Below the pieces are notes generated by a model, which worked only from the letters and a program-made list of their open reading frames with translations, was not told the origin of the DNA and ran no database searches. A DNA stretch of 63,938 nt, the filler included, from Choristocarpus tenellus KU-1152 (taxonomy: Eukaryota; Protista; Phaeophyceae): NCBI GenBank assembly GCA_964200185.2. It is 4 parts of 4 records of this genome, joined end to end, with 100 filler letters (N's around TTAATTAATTAA, not from the genome) between each part and the next. Parts side by side here need not be neighbours in the genome. Positions count along the whole stretch, not along the records: positions 46,798 to 61,099 come from CAXNAD020001231.1; positions 61,200 to 63,938 come from CAXNAD020025170.1; 2 more parts are not named here. One strand, 5' to 3'. How positions within the stretch are numbered: position 1 is the stretch's first letter; each line of letters starts with the position of its first letter. A program made the translations under genes and the position numbers. Of the stretch, positions 52,701 through 63,938 are shown in pieces.

Positions 52701-52907
52701 AATAACTTAAGTGCTGCAAGCCTTCTGATTGAGATCCATCCCCCCCTCCACTGCTTTGCTTAGTCATATAGACCAGCTCAGGTGCATCCTGCCCTCCCCC
52801 TGTTTTTTTTCCCTTGGCAGGCCTTTATATATGATCCTGATGGCTACTCAATTGAAATACTCAGTGCAGATCAAATGGCGAAGGATTTCAGCAAGTACAG
52901 TGTGTGA
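49709..52907 (+). CDS. GLO1: Lactoylglutathione lyase (glyoxalase I, Zn2+-type), predicted plastid-targeted
   Basis: Exons 49709-49897, 49987-50060, 50413-50466, 50691-50808, 51229-51426, 52821-52907. Signatures [58 protein letters not shown]. Signal peptide ending [10 protein letters not shown]. Confidence 0.95.
52265..52536 (+). mobile_element. MITE family A copy in the last GLO1 intron
   Basis: Full internal match with degenerate TIRs; no clear TSD. Confidence 0.85.
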
Positions 52908-53617
52908 GCCTAGCCACACTATCAATGGAGAGAGGGGAACAGTAGTCAACATCTACAAGTAGCATATGAAATGGGCACACTCCCTTGTTGTGTCAGATGC
53001 ATACTGACAGTAATTGATCGATATAGTAGAAATAAAACAGGCCTAAGTCAAAAGTATATATTTTCACAAGTTTAATCACTCACATGGACCTCTCCTGAGA
53101 AGGAATGGCCCCTCCTAGCGACAGTACTATGCTATATCATGGTCTACACCAACCACATCTGCACTAAAGATGAATAAATATTCAGACAATCTTATCACCA
53201 GTGAGATAGTGACCTTGGCTGAACACACATATTTTTTGTACTAATGTAATAATATGCCTCTCTGTCTCGCTCACTGTGAGAAGTTGGAAAGACACAACAA
53301 ACAAAACCAAAAGAAATTAAAAGAACACTCCAGCAATCACACCATTGAAAGGGCACTCTGGTAAGTAAACCAATTTCTGGTTCCCTATATATACCCCCTA
53401 TGTATGACCTTGCATAGCACAGGTCCACTCTTGCACTGAATCTCAATAAAATAGAGCGCAGAGGAGAGTGGCCACAAGTGCCCATAGCACACTTGCTATT
53501 CAGTGCCAAAAAAAAACTACCACACAGCTATGCAACAACAAACACCTAGTGAAGGCTTGCCATGTTATACTGGTTAGGGGATATGGCAATACTTCATCCC
53601 TAAGTTCCTGCACACTA

Positions 53618-56030
53618 TCAGGCTGTATGAACACTGGCACCCCCTGCACTTGGTAGGGAAGTGTTATCCCCATTCTCTACTATTGAGGTGGTCTTGTTGA
53701 CACTAACTGCAGAGGTGGTTTCATGGTCTATTTCACCTGCAGTGGTACATGTGTCAGCCTTATTGTTGCAGTCTGCAGCATCTGAGGCTACTTTATTGAC
53801 TGGTGCACCTTCTAATTTGACCTTGCCATTTGAGGTCTGTTCTCCTTCCCTTACTGATGAAATCCCTGCCCTGCCACCACCTATCTCCACCTGCGGTTTA
53901 GGCAATGGTCCTCTCATTCCTTTCTTGATCTTCCCCTGTTTCTCACTTACAAAAAATCCTTGGTCAACAGGTGCATCAGGAGCTAATCCTGTCCTTCCTT
54001 TTTCTATTGGCATTGTTGAAACCTCAACCTCATCCATGGTTGTGTACCCAGCCTTGCTTTCAACCTCCAGCTCCATATTTTCCAGTGCTGTGACCAAATT
54101 ATAGCTTAGTTCTGGTGATTTTCCGTTTCCCTGATTTTCAGGTACCTGACATGTGATGATCAGTGCACCAAGTACACAGAACATACAGTAAACAGTGCTG
54201 GAGATATTTCATATCTGTATTTAGGGAACAATAAATGCAATTGCCCATAGTCAACAGGAATGAGGAAAGCATGGCATTACTCCAGGGAGAAATGGGGGCA
54301 CTCTTTCCTAAGTAATTCAGCAGCACAACTCAGCACAGATTCGAGGATGCTTACAACTTCCACGCACCAAATAATACGTTATGATTCATTAGGCCTACCA
54401 GAACAGATATTGATTTTTTTTCCTATTACAGTTGTAGGTTTGCATATTTTCTATTTCACCTTTCCATCACTTCCTAAAACCTCAGGAAGTGAGACTGCAG
54501 GAGTTTCCTCTTGGGCAATCTTCACATATCTTGGCACGCCTTGCCTTCCAGTGGCCTGGTTAGGCAACAGCCACACTTCCCAACCTTCCCGCATCCGCAT
54601 TGTTTCGTTCTCGATATCCACCTGCCCAGTGGGTGCAAATCCACCTTTAATACATTTCTACCAATAATGTGTTCCTCACATTCAGTTGTTGCAGGAGGGA
54701 CCTGACTAGAATGTCATGGAACTTCTCCACACCAAAACACACAAAAAATGAGAAAAGTCAAGGGCAGCAAGATAGGGAAGCGTGAATCGACCATAGGCAT
54801 ATGGCACCCATATCAATATCAGGGCATCACTCAAATAAAATTAATCATATTAGCAACTCCCCAGTTCCTTCCACATGTCTGCAAGTTGAAAAAGTGTGTG
54901 CAATATGATTTCTATCTCAGACACAATTGCCACAGCTATACTGACTAGAGCCTATTTACTACCTCTTGACCCTGAACAGTTTCTTCATCGTAATTTCCCC
55001 ACCTCTCTCACCAAGCTGCCACATACACCTGCACTATTCACCTCTCGTGCATGCACACACAAGCACTACCTGCATAAACTCGCTTGCTAAGACGCCCTTC
55101 TTGATATCTTCAAGGTCCACACCAAAGCGTGCCACGCCCGGGAAGTTCGCAACGAATGCTATCGGAATGTACCCCTGGAGGAAAAAGCGTGGAGGGCGTG
55201 GAAACATGACTTGAACATACACCAGCAAATGCCCGCAATAATAAAGACTTGGAGGATAATTTTTTTCGAGGGAATACTGTGTAGGGGTATATGCATTTCA
55301 GACCTTGAGGTTCCTTCAAGCACTTCAGAAGAGGTACAGCTCACTTTAAAATCACATAAATATACAACGACCATAAAATGCATTTCGTTTACTGTAGAGA
55401 AAGACGTACCTCTGGCACATACAGAAATAGTTTTTGGTAGCTGGTGTATTGTTAGTACACTGTCCGCAAACTAGCCAATCTATGTTTTAACTACAAATCA
55501 ACTCGTACAACGCATAAACAGCGTAGAAAAATCCCAAATTGTGGGAGCATTTCGGATCGTGGTGACCTCACCTCCTCATCCATGTACGATCGCATGAAAA
55601 TGTCTCGGCAGAGGTTCTCCACTGTAAAATAGAATTCAATCTGCCTCACAGCCATTTCCGTCATGTACCTTTTCTGCTCCGCATAGGTAGTACCATACGC
55701 GGGATTGCTGTAGTATACGGGTCCTGTGCTATATCCCGATCCATATCCCCTCCCCCTTCCTTGCCCATGCGCATGATTTCTCCCCCCCCTTCCCCTCCCA
55801 CCACCTCGACCACTGCCTGAGAAACCTCGTCCTCTCGTTGAATCACGAGAGTACCGCCAGTTGTTGGTGCTGGCTCCTTGATTATTTCTCTGGCGGGAGT
55901 AACCTTGCTGCTTCACCCGGCGACTATCTGATGCCTCCGGCTCCGCTTCCACCAGCGTCCACTTCAATGGGGCCGTAGAGGCAGCAGCAGCAGACATTTG
56001 GCCGTTGGGTGCATCCGTAGCAGTGTCCAT
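53618..56030 (-). CDS. LARP1: La-related RNA-binding protein (La motif, LARP1-like)
   Basis: Exons 56030-55572, 55174-55070, 54621-54460, 54145-53618, all phase 0. RGG tract followed by LAM: VRQIEFYFTVENLCRDIFMRSYMDEEGYIPIAFVANFPGV...TMRMREGWEVW. Subfamily assignment and start codon are tentative. Confidence 0.8.
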
Positions 56031-59000
56031 ATGTTTGAAACAGGGAATGCAATTCGGCCGTTCAAACGATTCAAGTACTCCCGCGGCCTTACTGTCCACA
56101 AGATTACAAGATAATATGGTCCTAAGGTACTGGCGGATGCAAGCTGCCAGGTAAGATAGGTACACAACACCAAGTGCTCTTGATTGTGGACGTTGATGGT
56201 AGGTACAACTTGTTCATGGACAGCCACCCACTATCACCCGTCGGTATCTATTTTTTAGATATCGCGGTCGGTTTTATTGTTGGTGAGGGGTGCCTAGCCA
56301 CATGTATTTTCCAGGTTCGAGCCCTTTCAACGCCAAACATCTTTTCACGGAAATCTGGTTTCCAGTATACTATTCCAGATGGGAAGTACAACAGATAATA
56401 TAGAACACCTTGTGTGTAACCATATCATCAAAACGCTGGAACAAGATCAAGATGGAAACATGGGGGCTGGTCCAGCACAAGGTTCGAGAGAGGAGACAGA
56501 TTGATGAACTGTAGGGGTGCTAAACCCAACGCATGAACAGCAATGTGAGAACGCAGGTAATACAATTGGTCGTTGTGCAAGAGTTAGTGAATAGTTTGTA
56601 GTGGCTCTCACCATGGGTTAGGATCATTCCCAAACCAAGGTGGGGCAAATAATCAGTAACTTTAATGTATTACTTCTCCAGAGGACAAGTTTCTATAACT
56701 TCGTCCTTGAATGTTGTAGTAGTACACTATAGTAAGTAGTAGCACAGTTTCTTGCTGTATAGAGTATCTAGCTGTAACTTCCTATCTCCTTGAGCAGACA
56801 GAGCAGTCCTTGTGGCTGGGGAGTTGCTGGACCTCTGGGTCGAACACAATTGATGTTTATGACCCCACCAACGTAGTTGTGTCCTATTACTCTGGAGTAT
56901 GATATATTTATTGTATTGCTTACATTATCACTACCTTCACTAGGGTTCTACTACTATAGTTCGTAGTATCATTTACTTGTCACCTGCGTGATAGTTCCCT
57001 ACGAACAGATGTTCACCCCTATATACTTGGTTTAGGAACTGTGCCGAGCAGCGGTCAGATGCACTACAGACTTCCTGCACTGCTACCCTTTATACTATAA
57101 TAACTACTACTACAGTAATCAGCTGTTGCACTACCCGAAATTATTATTGCATTGCCTCTGTTTATGTCTTGGTTCTTGCGCACTGGGTTCAGTCGCCCCA
57201 TAGCTCATCGCTCCACCTGCTCCATCAAATAATGTGCTGGAACTGACTCGGTGCTGCTCCTCAATGAAGCCTTAATCATTGTTTTTGGTCCAATAATATC
57301 TTGTGCGATAGACAGGATAATAGAGGTGTAGGTCACCATGCACTCAATGTATAAGCAATATATTTGACTGCCTTCGTTTCATGGAAATCTGGTTTCAATT
57401 ATATATACATACCACAAAAACGCCACAAAAAACAAGAACGGTTAAATTTGCAAGGGCTTCATTGTCCAGCAACATGGAAAGTTTCATTGTGGCTCAGTGG
57501 TCGAACAGGCAGCTCATGTGAATTATTGGTAAGTACTACAAAGTAATATTATTGTTTGCGCCACAATTAAGTCTGGGGACTATCTCGACTTGTGGTCAGA
57601 GCAGGTACCACACACTGCGCTAACTTCTCATAGTACTACGGTTGTGACTAACTGTTGACCACAATACGACAAATTGTACCTCCATTTTTGCCTTCCTTAT
57701 TACTCCGTTGGGTTAAGCCATTCCATCAGTTGTCGCTCTGCCGTCTCCCTCAAATGAACTGGAACCGCCTCTCAGTTTCGCTAGGCAATGAGAAGCCTTG
57801 CTACCTCGTTCTTGCTCCGACGTTTTTTGTGACATTGCGACAGATAGGATATAGCGGTTGTACAATCCGTACTGCTCGCTATGTGGACTTTGCTTCATCG
57901 AAACAGATTTCAATAAATAGAAGTTGTTGTCGATGAGGTTCAAACCAACAACATTCGTACAGGGAATAAGTTATACCATTATTCAGCCACAGCGATGCTC
58001 AAAAAGTCTGGCTTTGAGGACATTTGCAGTTACAGGTTGGTCAGTAGTTTGTATGAGAAGTAGTGCAGTGTCAGCGTTTGGTGGCACTGACCACAGGTCG
58101 GGATAATCCCGGACTGATGTGATGCAAATATGAACAAAAAATACTGAATATAATGGTAATAGTGTGTTTTGAACACCATTCAGAACACGAAGCTATCGAG
58201 TATGCATAACAATCTGGAGTGGACTCTAATTTTTAAGACTCGATAAAACCTTACCATTATAATGAGCGTGACAGACTCTGACGATCACAAAAAATCTTAC
58301 GAGTGAATTTAGAGGAACTATTACCAATGGTGTGAGTGTTGTACGCTCGCTAAAAAAAAATCAAAATTACTGATGGTTGAAGTCATATTGATGGGCAACA
58401 TGTCATAACATAATGTGTTCGCCTTTCAGATTGTATCAACTACCCTCTGGAAGGCTTCTCTGTTTGACACATGCTAGCCCCCCTCATTCTGATTCGTACT
58501 ATGGGAGGATAACGTTTTAGCGTTTGTACAGATCCTCACGATTGGTGGTTGTATTTTCTATGCGAATTTAAACATCACTGTTGTTTGGAATGGTGCTAGG
58601 ATGAAATCAAAACTAGAGCAGAGAAAAGGTTGACTCTATCCCACATCGATTTGGTATGTCATCTCTAAAGGGGTCATAAAGGTAGGCACCAACACACAAC
58701 CAGTTACTATGAGTCAGATATTGATATCAAGCTCTACAGATGGATGAGAGAACATAACTCTATGTGATACCTCCATTGAAAAAGGGAAAAGAAAAATTAG
58801 TACTTCGTGACGTATGTAGCAATTTATTGGGTTTACAGGCTTGGATGTTTGGGAAATCAGGTTGGAGTTGTGGTTAGATGATTTGATCAAGATATTGCGA
58901 AGTTGTTTCGTGGTCTTCCTCCTCGAGTATGTTGTTGCTGTAAGGTCGTAGAACTGGACGATCTTCTGCAGTTAGTTGTAGGATGTACATATTTATTGCA

Positions 59001-59269
59001 TTAAATGGGCAACAACACTTCAAAAACCCAACATTCAACACATAAACAGCAATCAACTGTTCAAAACTGATGTGTAAGGAGGGGAGAACTCTGTGGTCAG
59101 TTAAATTGTTGCCAAGGAAAGGGGAGGATCAAAGGTTGAAACAAACACACTCTTGTAACCACCACAATCAATATCAACACTATTGAATCACGGGTTAATC
59201 AGGACCAGAAGAAATGAGATTCCTTAAAGTTGTGTACAAGAGTGAATGGACTCCAGCTATATCCATACT

Positions 59270-59500
59270 ACATGTCCTGTCATAGAGGTCCCACCTAAGA
59301 CTTTTCTCTCCTTCGGCTGATCTTGGTTGTGATAGGAACATCATCAGTAATAATGATGCCTCCAAGTTAAATCGACCTATCAGTCTGCTTGTAGTTCTGA
59401 CCCAATGCCTAGATCTGCACGGTGTCTGCAGTGTTATTAGGAGGAGGCTGAAGACACACAAACATGGTGGCATCCGTCTTCAGCTCTGACACGTTACTCC
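59270..59500 (-). mobile_element. LINE (RTE-like) reverse transcriptase C-terminal relic
   Basis: Minus-strand VSELKT..VQI*ALGQNYKQTDRSI*LGGIIITDD..KISRR..DLYDRT resembles the AAGQxYKQT.FVYLGG..EI.RR..LYDRP segment of non-LTR RTs. Confidence 0.55.
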
Positions 59501-60048
59501 GAGAGGTTCCAGACCCGTCTTTGAAAGGTAGTTTAAAGAAGGCAATACCCATTATTATTACTTGAGAGATACAAGCAGTACAGAAGAGGAAAATATTTGT
59601 ATCTATAGAACGGTCAGTATGCTGTGAGAGGAGAAAGAAAAAAGTGAAAAAAAAGGTTTATTGCCTTCTTGTCAATATGTTTCGAGTTTCAACAACAGAG
59701 TGTGGATTGTTTAGTATTAATGCTACCATGAGGCATACATATACATATACTCCAGAGCATGTTGCGTTTTATCCAAAACAAGAAACAGGTGATAGAGACA
59801 GTATACTGACTACAGTATAAGCACTAATTTGCGAAGACGGTGTAGAAACTGGGGACGAATCCCAGTAGTCGATCAATCGGATCTTTGACCATCAGAGTCA
59901 CCAATGAATACCCGCCAGCGACACGTATGTGTCGACACTTTTCGAAACGACAACCATCTATAACAGTTAAGTCTTGTAACGCATCGACTCGAAACGTCTT
60001 TGTTTGAAGCAAGACGACCACACGACCACTTTTCAGCATTCCTATATC

Positions 60049-60980
60049 ATGTCTCGCCTTCCAGCCTACCAGGAAGCCTTTGATGAAGATGAGGATGAGG
60101 ATCTGGGAGATACGGAAGAGGGTGACATAATTGCACGGTTGCAAGCTTTGGGCAAGAAAACCTTCTATGAAGACGGGTCGTTCACAGCCAGAAGGACAAG
60201 CCTTTACCGGTATGGACGTCATTTTTAACGTGTCGTGTTTGAAATATCATGAGAGTCATCTCATGTCAAGGATAAGCAGGGCCAGTGTGTCTATATTGGG
60301 TTGTTGAGCTCAATCGAGTATCGTTATGTGAGCCATAGGAGGACACAAATACCACCGTTCGAATAGTCGCAGTTGCGATCGAGTGAAAGTATCTTAGAGG
60401 GTACGAGTTTTGCCCTGTTTGTCCGTTTGGGGCTTGGCTTCCCGTGCTTTTTTAAAGGTGTATCCAGAACAAGGAGATTGACACTTTTTAATTAGCATGA
60501 TAGTCAAAATTACATCAAAATCGCAACATTGGAATTTGGCCCCAAAATGGACGCGGCTCTACTCTCTAAGATACTTTGGTTCGATCAAAGCTAATGGTGT
60601 TCGGCTCTCATCCTTCTAAATGATCAGCAACGCGCAGTCTGTACCCGACTACGATGCCAGCGAGGGGGAAATTCCATGGCTCTACGCCCATGAGGTGAGG
60701 TCCGTTGCACTGCAGTGTCTTCCAACAGTTGGGAAATGGGATGACCAAGATGGAAGCTAATAAGGAAGTAAGCAGTTAAATGAACACAGCCAGAGTGATC
60801 AATCGACAAGGCACTTCCATCCCCCAAATGCTTGTGATTACCCTGTCCATCTCTCTGACGGGCAGATATGCCAGGACCCGGATTACTTCAAGGACGGACC
60901 TGGAAATGGTTGTGTTGTAAAGGGGCACCTGGACGACACTTGGCTTCTAGGTGCACTTGGAGTCCTCGCTGGTCACCCTG
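60049..60980 (+). CDS. Calpain-like (CysPc) protein, first three exons; catalytic Cys replaced by Thr (partial)
   Basis: Exons 60049-60209, 60628-60694, 60866-60980 in phase: FYEDGSF..SLY..IPWLYAHEICQDPDYFKDG..VVKGHLDDTWLLGALGVLAGHP vs calpain consensus FxDxxF..SL..WxRP..QGxLGDCWFLAAL. Truncated by the contig end. Confidence 0.8.
60381..60582 (+). mobile_element. MITE family A copy, internally deleted, in calpain-like intron 1
   Basis: Intact TIRs; TSD GATC; lacks the central palindrome segment. Confidence 0.92.
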
Positions 60981-61009
60981 GTGAGGTCCATGGCTTTTCA
61001 CAAACATGG

Positions 61010-61099
61010 GAGCCAAAGTATCTTAGAGGGTAGGGCCGCGTCCATTATGTGGCCAGAATCCAATGTCGGGATTTTGATGTAATTTTGGGCATCGTGTTT
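61010..61099 (-). mobile_element. MITE family A partial copy at contig end
   Basis: GAGCCAAAGTATCTTAGAGGGTAGGGCCGCGTCCAT... runs into the linker. Confidence 0.85.
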
Positions 61100-61199
61100 N
61101 NNNNNNNNNNNNNNNNNNNNNNNNNNNNNNNNNNNNNNNNNNNTTAATTAATTAANNNNNNNNNNNNNNNNNNNNNNNNNNNNNNNNNNNNNNNNNNNN
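61100..61199. other. Artificial contig linker
   Basis: N44-TTAATTAATTAA-N44. Confidence 0.95.
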
Positions 61200-62990
61200 G
61201 TATGGGTCAAACCCATCCTCCATAGTATGCTCCATCCTCAATTTTGGTGAGAGGTTGTTCAGTACCTACCAACTAAGCATACACTGCAAACGGAATTACA
61301 AGCGGGTTGTTCTCCTCTCCCATTGCCCGAACACTGTCGAGACCTGATCTGTCCCCCTCTCCAAGGTTGCCTCGCTTGGTAGGTGGGCAAAGGGAAGTAT
61401 TCCAAAGCGGTAGAATACATTAGATTAATATTGTGATATATGCCTAGCAATACAGACTGCACTGTATCGAAAAAGGTCGAAAATCTTTCTACGGAGCATT
61501 ATGGTCAGAACAAGGCATTTGGTTCTCGTTACTAGAGGACCGTCTTACTAATCGTTTGTTCACAGGTTAGTTCTGGTGTGTGTCTTACGGTGAGATTGCA
61601 TCCCTCTGTTCAATTCGAGCCATTAATAGTATTGCTACTATTTTTATTATAATATAGTAGCAACTCCTACTGTTAGAGCAAGAATTCTTCTTGAGTCCTT
61701 TTGTGTATGTTCCTGTATCAACAATTCTTATCTCCTTCACCACCAGCAACTTTGCAATAAGGAGTACTTATAAGTATATTGTATGTGCTCTAGAGTAATG
61801 AGAACCAGCTCAATGCTATCTCCTCTGTTGCGTACGGATGACAAAGGAACTCCTCGAGGAGAACGTTCAAGTCCAGCCTGCTTTCCAATAATCATTTCCA
61901 CTATGAAAAACTGCTACGTGTAGGCCAAAACGTGAGTTGACCTCTTGCGGGAATTACCTTACAATTCAATCATGAACGAATCTTCAGTGTAGATGTACTA
62001 TGTGCAAGTACACATGTAAAACAAACTAAACCTAAACCCGAATCCCCACCTCCCCTCTTAACAAATCAAGCAAATAGTCTTTACTCATTTACAGATGAGC
62101 TGCAACGGTTACTGTCTTGCAGAGATGACAACACATTGAGCGAGAAACGAAAACACAAATATCCTTTGAGATGATTCACGGCTTGCTATGGTGACGCATC
62201 AAACTTGTCATGACATCTTCAAGAGGGTATAACTTGAACTTGGCCGCAAGGTCATCTGTTACTCTGAGATAAGTGGTGCCTAACCGTTACACTAAATGTC
62301 CAATGAACATCTCAACAGCAGTGGTAGAATAGTAGATGGTCGACCTCCAGGACAACCTGATCGATGAAAGAGGAATGCCCTTCATTGTCTTAGAAAAAAA
62401 AAAGTAATTGAAGAGTTCAACTCTATTTTCAATGGCCAACCTCCAACACGCTTTACAGTCTTTGTCGATTGCCGCTCTCAAGAATGGATAGCATCCACAT
62501 CTATCGCAGTTACTGTGACCTAACTACCTTGCAAGGCAGCCCCACCAACAAGAGGAGCAGTATTTCACAACAAGAATACCTTAAAAACAAGACTATAGAG
62601 ACGGCTTTTTTGGGTGAAAATCTCGCCCTGAATAACCCATTTTTCCCTCAATAATTCAAGGGAAATAGAAGATGCTTTCGGGGCACTATCAAACATGCCA
62701 GTTTCTGTATAATGGGGCATAGTGTTATTGTTTGCAGAGTGGGGTACTACTCCCATGCAAAAGGATAGCTACATTAAAAACCCCCGCCTGTGTAGCTTTG
62801 CTTACCTCCCTCCTTGCATCTTTTTGTCAGCTAGACCGCTGGATCATCTACTTGTGTCTTAACTTCAGAACAGACTAACAATATCCTTTGGCACGGACTA
62901 ACCCTAACCCTGATCACCTTCACACACACACACATGCACAAATCAGGGCGTTTCAACATGGAATAGTGCCTGGGATTCCACCAATACACA

Positions 62991-63400
62991 TCAGCTTTCA
63001 TCTTCTTCATCTGAGTCAAACGATGCCAACAATGCCACTGCAGCATCTGCACCTCCCTTTTCCACCTCTTCCTCTTCGTCCTCACCCTCCGGCATTCCTG
63101 CCCCGCCTTTAATACCACCTCCCCCACTGCTTCCGCTGCTAGATGCAGCTGCAGCCCCTCTACTGCCCACAGCCCTTGTTCCCTCGGCAGTAATCTGGGA
63201 CTTGAGATACGCCTTCCTACTCTCCTTGGTACCAGGGTCCTGATTCGACGCTTGGATGATCTCTGGCGTTCCCTCTTCACCAACTCGGGTTTCATAGGCA
63301 CCTCCTGTGGCAAATAATGGTTGAAAGAAATTAAGATCGTCTGTGTTTTGGGAGGCAAGTGGGTACGTTATCAGCCCCATCCCCCCCATGCCTGGATTAC
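62991..63400 (-). CDS. Terminal exon of an unidentified protein (acidic/Gly-rich C-terminus)
   Basis: Strong polypyrimidine-AG acceptor at 63401; open frame NPGMGGMGLITYPLASQNTDDLNFFQPLFATG...FDSDEEDES*. Confidence 0.6.
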
Positions 63401-63869
63401 CTAAAAAAAAGAACCATACTGGCAAGCTGAACATGACGGGTGCAGTGGATTTGAAACCTTGATGCGCTACTATTATACTCCATATAGAAGTGTGTAGGAC
63501 AATAATATCGTTGTGGTTAGCTATGGCCAAATACACACACACACACATATATATACATATACATACACAAAACAAATTCTCTGTGTGGCACCCACCAAAG
63601 GAGACAATTACCATCTAGCACACAATCAACCACAAGTGAGCCCTTATCTTCAAGCTATGCACAAGATTATCCTACTTTTAAATGGTATCCACTGCTATTT
63701 CTAATAACACCACCAAAAACACATCACCCCAAAACAAACAACAGAACTAGCCGCAATGCCATCACAACCCCCCAACAGAAGCAAACAGGTTTTCAAACAC
63801 TGATAATAGAGAACTGAGAGATGCTGGGGTTAGGCTCTCGCTCTCATTGGCACGACAGTACAACAATGG

Positions 63870-63920
<51 letters not shown>

Positions 63921-63938
63921 CCCCCCCACCCCCACCCC

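Noticed and set aside
62280-62760. Possible hAT-like transposase fragment on the minus strand
   Set aside because: Similarity too weak to support by eye.

Overview
Eukaryotic, intron-rich and TE-littered genomic DNA, most consistent with a stramenopile/brown-algal draft assembly. This assignment is inferred from a bipartite ASAGAF plastid leader, TTAGGG-type telomeric islands and a brown-algal-style LINE relic. The window is a concatenation of four contigs joined by artificial N44-TTAATTAATTAA-N44 linkers (28645-28744, 46698-46797, 61100-61199), so adjacency across those points is not biological. Spliced genes I could reconstruct: SEL1L/HRD3-like (minus, 5' part) head-to-head with a mid-SUN SUCO/SLP1-like gene; an unassigned coiled-coil gene; a plastid-targeted Zn-type glyoxalase I tail-to-tail with a La-motif (LARP1-like) gene; the 5' exons of a calpain-like protein with Thr in place of the catalytic Cys; and the last exon of an unknown gene. 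Mobile DNA: one full-length decayed DD39D-type mariner with 29-bp TIRs and TA TSD, a second mariner relic, Copia and LINE relics, and about 15 copies of three related MITE families with mostly GAG...CTC ends and 3-4 bp TSDs (Sola2-like). The most unusual signal is the same 4-bp GGTT insertion turning two different MITE TIRs into perfect (TTAGGG)2, among many other short interstitial telomeric islands. That pattern is suggestive of telomerase-templated micro-insertions. No prokaryotic-type system (CRISPR, operon) is supported.
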